From Candidatus Moraniibacteriota bacterium (GTDB taxonomy: Bacteria; Patescibacteriota; Minisyncoccia; Moranbacterales; UBA1568), in assembly GCA_043785755.1 (NCBI GenBank), contig JAYVWV010000022.1, forward strand, positions 1 through 36,788: 36,788 bases of DNA, read 5' to 3'. Positions 18,754 through 27,934 of the stretch are shown here, in pieces (position 1 is the stretch's first letter; every line of letters begins with the position of its first letter). Both the position numbers and the translations under genes were made by a program. The notes beneath the pieces were generated by a model. That model worked only from the letters and a program-made list of their open reading frames with translations, did not search any database and was not told the origin of the DNA.

Positions 18754-19257
18754 ATGCCTTTCCTCACAAATCTGCTTGCTTCGCTCTCGATTCCCAAGAA
18801 TGTAGCTGGTGACTTCTCGCTCCTCTTTGTTTTTATTGGACTTAGCATCGCGCTTGGTTTTATTTTTGGGCGGTGGAAGCTGGTCAATATCCTGATCGAT
18901 ATCTATATCACCGTGGCTCTGATCAGCATCCTGCCCAAGGAATTGCTCGCGTTTTCCCCCTATGCTCGGGCGATTATTTTTCTTGGGCTACTCATCGTTC
19001 TCAGTGTTATCGACAGTCGGCTCTTTGATGTCCACATCACGAGTGCCGGGACAGACTTTTTCTGGCGTCTGTTGATTATGAGTATGTTGGTGACGGGCAT
19101 GCTTTTCAGCGCCACCCTGTCCTTTGTTCCTCAGCCCTTAGCTCTCTCCTTTATTTCTACCACGTCTTACGGCTACTTCGCTTCGCCCGTCGCCCTGATA
19201 TTCTGGATGACTGTTCCGCTTCTTCTCCTTCTTTTCATCAACAATCGTTTGAAGTAG
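18754..19257 (+). CDS. Multi-pass membrane hypothetical protein
   Basis: About 5 hydrophobic segments; ATG at 18754. Confidence 0.75.
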   Translation: MPFLTNLLASLSIPKNVAGDFSLLFVFIGLSIALGFIFGRWKLVNILIDIYITVALISILPKELLAFSPYARAIIFLGLLIVLSVIDSRLFDVHITSAGTDFFWRLLIMSMLVTGMLFSATLSFVPQPLALSFISTTSYGYFASPVALIFWMTVPLLLLLFINNRLK

Positions 19258-19337
19258 GGGACAAGAGAGAAAAAAGCCGCGGCGCAGATGTTCTGGCGCG
19301 CGGCTGGGTGATGCTCCTGTGCGACAGGGCCAGGCTG

Positions 19338-19859
19338 TCATTCCTCGCCCGCGAACTCCTCGGTGTTTGACAGGAACCATTTCGACCGGGGCGTCTTGGG
19401 GACGTTGAGTAAAGTCCAGATGGCCATGGCCGTCACCCCCCACCACCACAGGACGAAGGAGGGGATGCGCCACTCTCGAGAGACCATCACTAGGACGGCT
19501 ATAATGGGCGTGAGAAAGAGCAACTCCCAGCCCATGGTATTCTTGTCTGCGAATCTGCGCACAGACATGTTGACGACGATGACCGCATAGCCAACCAGCA
19601 TGAGAATGACGGCCGCATGTCGTCCAATCACCGGATCCTGCCCATGTTGCTGGGCTAGCCATGAGAGCCAAAGCCCAATCGCGAGGCACATGGCCACGAG
19701 CATAGCTGACCACATGACGGCCCTCAACAAGAAGCGCAGTTGCCGCCAGAGAAAGCTGAGTGCCTCCTTTAGTAAGACCTCTTTGATGATGGCAGTCGCC
19801 AGGATGGTTGCTGCGACCAAGGAACGTAGACGTTGTCCGGAAAAACCGAGCGTGTTCAT
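19338..19859 (-). CDS. Membrane hypothetical protein
   Basis: AAGGAGG SD before ATG 19859; TTGACA-17-TAGAAT promoter at 19937-19909; several TM segments. Confidence 0.6.
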   Translation of the reverse strand: MNTLGFSGQRLRSLVAATILATAIIKEVLLKEALSFLWRQLRFLLRAVMWSAMLVAMCLAIGLWLSWLAQQHGQDPVIGRHAAVILMLVGYAVIVVNMSVRRFADKNTMGWELLFLTPIIAVLVMVSREWRIPSFVLWWWGVTAMAIWTLLNVPKTPRSKWFLSNTEEFAGEE

Positions 19860-20020
19860 GAAAAGAACCCTCCTTTGCATATCCAAACGACGGTCGTTTG
19901 AATTGGCTATTCTACAATACCACGGTCTTTCTGTCAATGTCGATTGGTGGCTTTTTTGAGGGGAAAACGTCGATATCTGAGCGGTAGCACAGGAATGATA
20001 TCCTAAGGCTGGCCACGCCC

Positions 20021-20048
20021 TTGACACGTCTAAAAAGCCTGCTATACT
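20021..20048 (+). promoter_or_regulatory. rRNA promoter (TTGACA-16-TATACT, extended -10)
   Basis: Consensus boxes ~340 bp upstream of 16S. Confidence 0.75.
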
Positions 20049-20390
20049 AGGTAAGCAATCTAGAAGCCTTTGAGGTAACGGGATTGCTTTTGTTTCTATC
20101 TGTTTTTCTTGAACAGGGTGAAATTTCTTTAACAATTGAGAGCCGTCCAGAAATTTTGCGCACGCAAAGTTCTGGATAAAACAATAAACCCTGCCCGCAA
20201 TACTATACGAAGTATTGTAGGCGGGATAATCACAATTTTTTGTGGTTAGTTCTTACGGAGAACTCTATTCTAAGGCAAGCGAAGAAAGCGGAATTTATTC
20301 CAATTTCCAAGCGAACCGAACACGAATCTGAAAATTTCCGCGCGTGAAGTAGAGCGCGGGAGGTCTGAGCAATCAGACGATTCACATACT

Positions 20391-21950
<1,560 letters not shown>

Positions 21951-22220
21951 TAGGGAGTAAGGTGTACGAATTCTGATCTATGATTAGAATCACAACCATA
22001 TGGTCGTTCACTGCACCATTCTCTGCCGACGTTTCGACGAGAGCAGAGCTAGCAGTGAAAACATATATCTTAGAGAACTCTGTACAGAACTAACCACAAA
22101 AGGTTTTGATTATTGTTTTAATACAGCATACTTGATGGAGCGCTCTTCACTGAGCACTTCCCTGCGAAACCTGCCTCACGGTAGGAGGGAATTTCGTCAG
22201 TATTAGTCAGGCTTTGACGC

Positions 22221-22296
22221 ACGCTATCCCAGGATAAAGGAATTTCCTCTGGTAGCCGTGTAAGACACGGAACCCGCTCACAAGGCGGGTTTTTTG
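22221..22296 (+). repeat. Array repeat R1 (includes 16S terminator)
   Basis: ACGCTATCCCAGGATAAAG...ACACGGAACCCGCTCACAAGGCGGGTTTTTT. Confidence 0.85.
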
Positions 22297-22419
22297 TTTT
22301 TCATCATGCACACAGTATGTCACGACCGTTACTGTGTGTGTGCATTTCTTTTTGGCGCAATTGGATATGATGTTGTACACTATATAGTGTATATAGAGGA
22401 AACATTAAAGTAGAGTCAT

Positions 22420-22755
22420 ATGAAACAAGAGATAGATACAACTAAGAGCTTGGCAATTTTCAGGGGCAAAGAAATTCGTAAGACCATCCATGAAAATGAG
22501 TGGTGGTTTTCAGTTATTGATGTTGTAGAAGCGTTAACTGAAAGCGTTAACGCTCGTGATTATTGGTTCAAAATGAAGATTCGTGTCAAAGAAGAAGATG
22601 GGTTTCAACTGTCGACAGATTGTCGACAGTTGAAATTGCTTGCTCCTGATGGAAAAATGAGAGAAACAGACTGTGCAAATACTGAAGGTATATTTCGTAT
22701 TGTTCAGTCCATCCCGTCCCCCAAGGCCGACACCGTTCATTCCGTTCTGAATTAG
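22420..22755 (+). pseudogene. Bro-N domain protein truncated by IS30
   Basis: IRK...EWWFSVIDVVEALT, QLKLLAPDGKMRETD, RIVQSIPSPKA, then stops inside the IS end instead of continuing EPFK.WLA. Confidence 0.8.
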
Positions 22756-23754
22756 GACACTCTGTTGGAGAGTGTCAGTATGAAAAAGAAATCAAAATTG
22801 CAGCGAGTAGAGCGTCTGGAGATAGCTATCCTCCTTGAGAAGGGGTACTCCCTACGAAAGATAGGAAGAGCCCTGGGACGGAGTCCCAATGCCATCTCGT
22901 ATGAAATACGAGAGAACAGTACCAATGGTGTGTATGACCCTCTGAAAGCCGATGCCAAAGCGAGAGTTCGGAAGAGAATGAGCAAGTACCTGAGGCAGAA
23001 GATAGAAGAGAACGATGCCTTACGAGACTTCATCATCGAAAAGCTCACCCTGCACTGGAATCCTGATGAGGTAGCTGGAAGCATGAGACAGAAAAAGACT
23101 CCCTTCTACGCCTCAAAAACAACCATCTATGAATGGCTGTACAGTGGGAGAGGACAGCAGTATTGTCAGTATCTGTACTCTGAGAGATATCGGAAGAAAC
23201 CGAGAAAAGGTAAGAAAACAGAACGAGTGATGATTCCTGATAGAGTAGGCTTAGACAAACGTTTTCTTGGAGCTACTCATCGTACCAGATATGGTCACTT
23301 TGAAGGAGATACCGTAGTCTCACGAAGAGGCGGAAAAGGAGGGCTTTCTGTGCTCTCAGAACGAAAGAGTCGTCTCCTCATGGTGAGAAAGATTCATTCG
23401 ATGTCACCAACGGAAAACATCAGAAAAATACATGGTATGATGAAACTCCTCAATCTGAAAAGTATCACCTTTGACAACGGGATTGAGAACAAAAAGCATG
23501 CCTTTCTTGGTATCCCCACCTTCTTCTGTGATCCCTACTCCTCCTGGCAGAAGGGAGGAGTGGAGAATGGGAACAAGATGCTTCGGAGATACTTTCCCAA
23601 GGGGACTGACTTCAGAGAAGTCAGTCAAAAGGAGATAAACTCTGCTGTGACATTGATCAATGAAAAACCGAGGAAAATCCTCGGGTAATGGTGTATTGTT
23701 AGGAAAAGATAATCTTTGATTTCATCAGGTGTCCTCATTGAGGGGTGAATTAAG
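22735..23754 (+). mobile_element. IS30-family insertion sequence
   Basis: Imperfect 26-bp inverted repeats at 22735-22760 and 23729-23754 (shared AGGACAC) around a DDE transposase; no clear target duplication. Confidence 0.85.
22780..23688 (+). CDS. IS30-family transposase (C-terminus slightly short)
   Basis: HTH SLRKIGRALGRSPNAISYEIREN; GHFEGDTV, SITFDNG, PYSSWQKGGVENGNKMLRRYFPKG; ends KPRKILG*. Confidence 0.92.
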   Translation: MKKKSKLQRVERLEIAILLEKGYSLRKIGRALGRSPNAISYEIRENSTNGVYDPLKADAKARVRKRMSKYLRQKIEENDALRDFIIEKLTLHWNPDEVAGSMRQKKTPFYASKTTIYEWLYSGRGQQYCQYLYSERYRKKPRKGKKTERVMIPDRVGLDKRFLGATHRTRYGHFEGDTVVSRRGGKGGLSVLSERKSRLLMVRKIHSMSPTENIRKIHGMMKLLNLKSITFDNGIENKKHAFLGIPTFFCDPYSSWQKGGVENGNKMLRRYFPKGTDFREVSQKEINSAVTLINEKPRKILG

Positions 23755-23811
23755 GAAGCCGTTTGTATATGTAGTATACCCATTTTACGAGTTTTGTCAA
23801 TGGTTCTACGG

Positions 23812-23886
23812 ACGCTATCCTAGGATAAAGTTATCTGCCTAGGAGGATAGGGAACCCGCTCACAAGGCGGGTTTTTTGTATTTGAC
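23812..23886 (+). repeat. Array repeat R2
   Basis: ACGCTATCCTAGGATAAAGTTATCTGCCTAGGAGG..GGAACCCGCTCACAAGGCGGGTTTTTTGTATTTGAC. Confidence 0.85.
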
Positions 23887-23934
23887 GGGGAAATCTCTGG
23901 TATACTGAAAAGACAAAATAAGCCGTGTGCCCAT

Positions 23935-25380
23935 ATGAGCCTTATGGCGTTTGAAAAATTCAACCCAGTCGATCCAAAGTATAAAACAACCACGGATCTT
24001 CCTGAAAAACTACAGGGAAATTTTCGAGATGTGTCCGGGGGGTTTGTGCGGAAAGAAGTGGTCCGGTATGAAGAGGGTCTCGGAGCGCGAGCAGAAGAGG
24101 TGTCTCGTTGGGGTCAGCGGGGAGAGTCAGTTACGGTTGATGAGCTACGGGAACAGGACGCTGTGATCACTGATCAGAAAATAGCCGAAGAGGTGAGGCA
24201 GCGCGTTGAGCGACTCGAGGCATCAATTGGTGTACCGCTCTCGGAAGAAGCGAGGCAAGAGATTTATGGCGCGGCTGCTCGTGAGACGTATCTTTCTCCA
24301 CAGGAGATATATGATCAGCACTATGAACAGGGGCAGTTTCTTAATATTCAGATTGAGGAGATCTCTCGAGAAATTGTTGCTCTGTCAGAAGAACAGTTAC
24401 GGGCACTCCCACCCGAAAAAAAGAGAGCAATGCTGGCTCAATTGGGGGAATTTGATCGGTTTGTCCCGGATGCGAAGCGAACGGAAACACTTGATAGCGC
24501 CTCTCAGCGTCTCTTAGAAGGGTATCAACCAAGTGGCGAACTCAAGCAACTCCACCGAGAAGCCCATGGGGCGGTAATGGAGGGCTTTGAGCAGAAAGAA
24601 CTACTTGAGTTTCGGTATAATTGGGGTAGTTATTCGCAGGAAAGAAAACTTTCTCTTTGCCAGAAAGTGGCCGATTTGTTGGCTGTTGCTTATAGACTCG
24701 ATCGGGCTCCTAAAGTCATTATTTCCACCCAACAACCTGAGGATATGAGAGAGACCACTGCCGCTTTTGTTGAGTCAGCGGAGGGAGGGATTGTTTTTGT
24801 TTACAGGCCGGAAGTTATGCTATCAAGCTTCGCTGAAATGGCATCTAATATGTCTCATGAGATGGCTCACGCTCATCAGAAAAAACTTACCAATCAAAGA
24901 GGAGAAGGAGAAGCGAGTAATGGTGCATTCAGAGAGGATGCTTCGTGGTTTCAATTGGATGAAAAATTGGAGCAAACATATGGTAAGGAATTTTATCAAA
25001 ATAATTATTATTCCATAACGAAGGAACAGGATGCTTTTGGCGCACAGGAGGACTTCAAAGCATTTTTTGATAGTCAAATGGATTTGGTGATAAAAAAATG
25101 GGATACTCTCCTCATGGCGAGTGGCCTTTCCTCTGCTCGAGAGATGGGGAATCGCTCTTCTGTTATTATAGAGGCTCAAGAGGCTCTTCAGACGAAGCAG
25201 CCTCAGAATGGGGACGAACTCATAAAGATATTGGAGGACGATTTTCTGGTTTTCCCTCAAGATTCGGAACCTCTCTTTAAGGAGAAAACTCTTGCAGAGT
25301 GTCAGGAAGCGATCCAGAGTTTTGGTGCTATGATGCGAAAAGCCCTCGATCTTTTACCTCGTGACATTCCTGAGGTATAA
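23935..25380 (+). CDS. Acidic protein with HEXXH zincin-like metallopeptidase motif
   Basis: SHEMAHAHQ followed by EQDAF; 481-aa ORF. Confidence 0.7.
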   Translation: MSLMAFEKFNPVDPKYKTTTDLPEKLQGNFRDVSGGFVRKEVVRYEEGLGARAEEVSRWGQRGESVTVDELREQDAVITDQKIAEEVRQRVERLEASIGVPLSEEARQEIYGAAARETYLSPQEIYDQHYEQGQFLNIQIEEISREIVALSEEQLRALPPEKKRAMLAQLGEFDRFVPDAKRTETLDSASQRLLEGYQPSGELKQLHREAHGAVMEGFEQKELLEFRYNWGSYSQERKLSLCQKVADLLAVAYRLDRAPKVIISTQQPEDMRETTAAFVESAEGGIVFVYRPEVMLSSFAEMASNMSHEMAHAHQKKLTNQRGEGEASNGAFREDASWFQLDEKLEQTYGKEFYQNNYYSITKEQDAFGAQEDFKAFFDSQMDLVIKKWDTLLMASGLSSAREMGNRSSVIIEAQEALQTKQPQNGDELIKILEDDFLVFPQDSEPLFKEKTLAECQEAIQSFGAMMRKALDLLPRDIPEV

Positions 25381-25440
25381 GTTTATCTGCTTAGGAGGAC
25401 ACGGAACCCGCTCACAAGGCGGGTTTTTTGTATTTTGACA
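25367..25440 (+). repeat. Array repeat R3
   Basis: ATAAGTTTATCTGCTTAGGAGGACACGGAACCCGCTCACAAGGCGGGTTTTTTGTATTTTGACA; overlaps the stop codon of the upstream gene. Confidence 0.85.
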
Positions 25441-25492
25441 GCGACCTTCGGGGGGGGGTACAATAGAAGAATCTAATCTCTAAGGTTTTATT

Positions 25493-26536
25493 ATGCCGAA
25501 TTTTGAAGACCAAACAACGGGTTCACGGAAGGATGATTTTGAGAAGGCAGAAACGAGTCTGGAAGAGATAAAGAAAACTCAAGTGGGTGATTTGTCATTG
25601 GAAGAATTGCAGGCTTTGGTTGCTAAGCGTCAAGAGCTCTCCGGAGAAAAAGAAACGATTGTGGAAGCCGACCATGAAGAAGCACTTGGTATGGAGGAAG
25701 GTCGCAATGCTGCCATAGCAGAAGCAGCTCAAGTCGAACAGGCGAGGCAAGAGGCAGCAAGACATGCCGAAGAGAAAGCTGCTGCCGAGGCTGCTGACGC
25801 TGCTAGGGCAGAAGCTCTTCTTGCCCAGATTAAGAGTGGAGAGGCACCTCAGGCAGAGGCTGTTGAAGGAAGTACTATTTCGAACCAAGAGCCAATCGAG
25901 GAAAGGCTTGAAGCGCCAAGAACTCCGATGTTTGAGAAGTACGGAAACACTATGCGCCAGGCAGCAGGTGAATTAGTGAAAGTAATGAAAGCGATGGACG
26001 AGAATCAGGAGGCAATAAATTCTGCTCAGTACGGGACTCCAGAAGCGAAGCAGTTGTGGGACGAACAGCAAGCATTGAATGATGAAAGAAATCGGCTGCT
26101 GGATAATGTCACAGGAGGGAATAGGGTCATTGAATTTGAAAATAAATCATCCGTTTGGTCTGAACAAAATAAGTACGAAAGCAGCGAAGTAAGAAAATAC
26201 AAAGCTGCTGCCATGAGCGACCCGAAGACAGTGATGCTTTTAGCGGAGGCTGGCCAGCTTGCTTTGGACTACAGAAGCAGGGAGATCGGTGAATCGCTGA
26301 GTAGTAACGCGGAGTTTATGGCAAAACTTCTCAAATCCTTACCTAATAGGAATGCTGCGCAGTATTTTTGGGCGAGCTGTACTGGTGAGGCAAGAAAGAG
26401 TAGGGAGCTCTACATCGCCGCTGTTCAGAAAAATCATCTGAACTATCAGTTTGGGCCTAAAGAATGGACGACTGATTCAAAAATACAAGAGATTGCGATC
26501 GAGAGCGGGCTCAGTCCGATGTACCTTCAGAAATAA
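25493..26536 (+). CDS. Coiled-coil protein with C-terminal DUF4116-like repeat
   Basis: E/A-rich helical N-half; ELYIAAVQKNHLNYQFGPKEWTTDSKIQEIAI resembles DUF4116. Confidence 0.7.
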   Translation: MPNFEDQTTGSRKDDFEKAETSLEEIKKTQVGDLSLEELQALVAKRQELSGEKETIVEADHEEALGMEEGRNAAIAEAAQVEQARQEAARHAEEKAAAEAADAARAEALLAQIKSGEAPQAEAVEGSTISNQEPIEERLEAPRTPMFEKYGNTMRQAAGELVKVMKAMDENQEAINSAQYGTPEAKQLWDEQQALNDERNRLLDNVTGGNRVIEFENKSSVWSEQNKYESSEVRKYKAAAMSDPKTVMLLAEAGQLALDYRSREIGESLSSNAEFMAKLLKSLPNRNAAQYFWASCTGEARKSRELYIAAVQKNHLNYQFGPKEWTTDSKIQEIAIESGLSPMYLQK

Positions 26537-26569
26537 CTTATCGTACAATAAAAATACTGGTTTAACACA

Positions 26570-26661
26570 CACTAGCCCAGAATAAAGTTTACCCGCCTTG
26601 TATGGCAAGCGTTGTGGGCGGGACGCGGAACCTGCTCACAAGGCGGGTTTTTTGTTTGACT
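26570..26661 (+). repeat. Array repeat R4 (with internal palindromic insertion)
   Basis: CTAGCCCAGAATAAAGTTTA...GGACGCGGAACCTGCTCACAAGGCGGGTTTTTTGTTTGAC. Confidence 0.8.
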
Positions 26662-26853
26662 TTTTGTCCAATTTGTGCAATACTGAGAGACAAGAATATA
26701 TTAGTATGAAGTATCAGAGTATGCGAAAGCAATATCGTCATTGGCATGGATTGAGCTCATTTTGAGGGCTGGTTTTTGCTTTTCTTCTTCAAGAAATTAA
26801 TGACGAGCTCTCCACCGGGGGCTCGTTTTTGTTTCTTCATGCAGGAGTATGTG

Positions 26854-27096
26854 ATGCCGAAAGTTAAGGTGCCCAATCGAAGCTGGCCAGTGTCTGAGTC
26901 GAGAGGTTGGCAACAGTCCACAGAGTTCTTTCGTACTTATCCAACGAGACAGGCGCGCCACGATTTCTACCAGAAGCGCGAAGCACTGAACAGGGCAGTA
27001 CGGGAAGGATGGCGAAATCCCGATGGTTCTCCTCGACCCAATCTTTGTCCCGATCCCTATCATGGGCCACGTACCGAGTCAATGGGCGCCTGGTAG
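26854..27096 (+). CDS. Small basic hypothetical protein (80 aa)
   Basis: AGGAG SD at 26843-26847 before ATG 26854; followed by a terminator-like hairpin. Confidence 0.55.
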   Translation: MPKVKVPNRSWPVSESRGWQQSTEFFRTYPTRQARHDFYQKREALNRAVREGWRNPDGSPRPNLCPDPYHGPRTESMGAW

Positions 27097-27154
27097 TTTT
27101 ATAAGCGTCAATGAACGTTTGGTCAGTTTTCTTATGGGAGCTGGCTTTTTTATT

Positions 27155-27183
27155 TTGACAATGATTCTCTCTAGTATTATAGT
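27155..27183 (+). promoter_or_regulatory. Promoter of the PemK-like gene (TTGACA-17-TATAGT)
   Basis: Consensus boxes 30 bp upstream of ATG 27213. Confidence 0.7.
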
Positions 27184-27212
27184 ATATGTAAGTATAGTAA
27201 ACATATAAAGAT

Positions 27213-27611
27213 ATGAAGGAATATAGTAAGGATTTTGATCGGTGGAATGAGAAGAAGAAACAGACCGACGGAAAATCAATAGACCGAGATCTCTTCTTGC
27301 ATGAGCGCGAGGTGTGGTGGTGTGCCATTGGGGTGAATATCGGCGTTGAAATCGATGGAAAACATGATGATTTCAAACGACCAGTGCTCCTAATAATGAA
27401 GTTCAATGGGCTCATGTTCTGGGGAATCCCTCTAACACCCAAAGCAAAAGAAAATCCTTATATTGTAAAAGCCGAACATTCGAAAGGGGTATCGTATGCT
27501 AATTTTTCGCAGTTAAGGCTATGGAGTTCCAAGCGGGTCTTGCGAAAGGTGGGAGTGATTTCGGAGGAGGGCTTTGCCGAAGTGCTCAAGCGCTTGAAAA
27601 ATCTTTTCTAA
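27213..27611 (+). CDS. PemK/MazF-like endoribonuclease toxin (CPR type)
   Basis: KDFDRWNEKKK, EREVWWCAIGVNIGVEIDGK..FKRPVLL, GIPLT, SQLRLWSSKRV. Confidence 0.85.
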   Translation: MKEYSKDFDRWNEKKKQTDGKSIDRDLFLHEREVWWCAIGVNIGVEIDGKHDDFKRPVLLIMKFNGLMFWGIPLTPKAKENPYIVKAEHSKGVSYANFSQLRLWSSKRVLRKVGVISEEGFAEVLKRLKNLF

Positions 27612-27663
27612 AAAAATCGGACCCACCATTGCTGGTGAGTCCTCGGAGGCCGAAGCCACTAAT
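27610..27663 (-). ncRNA. Candidate small RNA convergent on the PemK-like gene
   Basis: Minus-strand TTGACA-16-TACACT promoter (27697-27670), GGC-UUCG-GCC hairpin, 10-bp GCAA-capped hairpin with G-U pair, U7 tract. Confidence 0.55.
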
Positions 27664-27706
27664 AAATATAGTGTACACTATATTCACAGTCTGTCAAGGC
27701 AGTCAG

Positions 27707-27795
27707 GGAATTTCCTTTGGTAGCCGTGTAAGCTTGCCTGCTTGGGGCGGGACACAGAATCCGCTTCGCCAGCTGGCGGACGGGTTTTTTGTATT
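27707..27795 (+). repeat. Array repeat R5 (R1-like, two palindromic insertions)
   Basis: GGAATTTCCTTTGGTAGCCGTGTAAG..ACACAGAATCCGCT..CGGGTTTTTTGTATT. Confidence 0.8.
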
Positions 27796-27934
27796 TCTTT
27801 GCGCACACAGCACCTAACGGTCGCCCGCCTAGACGTCGAGGCTGGTGGTATAGTGTGTGCATAATTTTTTGACGTAATTATGTATTGTGTTGTATAACAA
27901 GTAGTGTATATAGAGTAAACATTAGACCAAAGCT

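Noticed and set aside
19860-20135. Extended N-terminus of the 265-aa minus-strand ORF
   Set aside because: It overlaps the rRNA promoter; a strong SD and promoter support ATG 19859
21951-22220. Spacer tRNA or start of 23S
   Set aside because: Only hairpins and the processing stem; no cloverleaf or 23S 5' signature
26854-27096. MazE/PemI antitoxin for the PemK-like gene
   Set aside because: No AbrB/RHH-like pattern; separated from the toxin by a terminator and the toxin's own promoter
22221-27795. Repeats R1-R5 as a CRISPR array or classical integron attC sites
   Set aside because: Spacing is 1.1-1.6 kb with whole genes between; no cas or intI gene; no RYYYAAC/GTTRRRY ends
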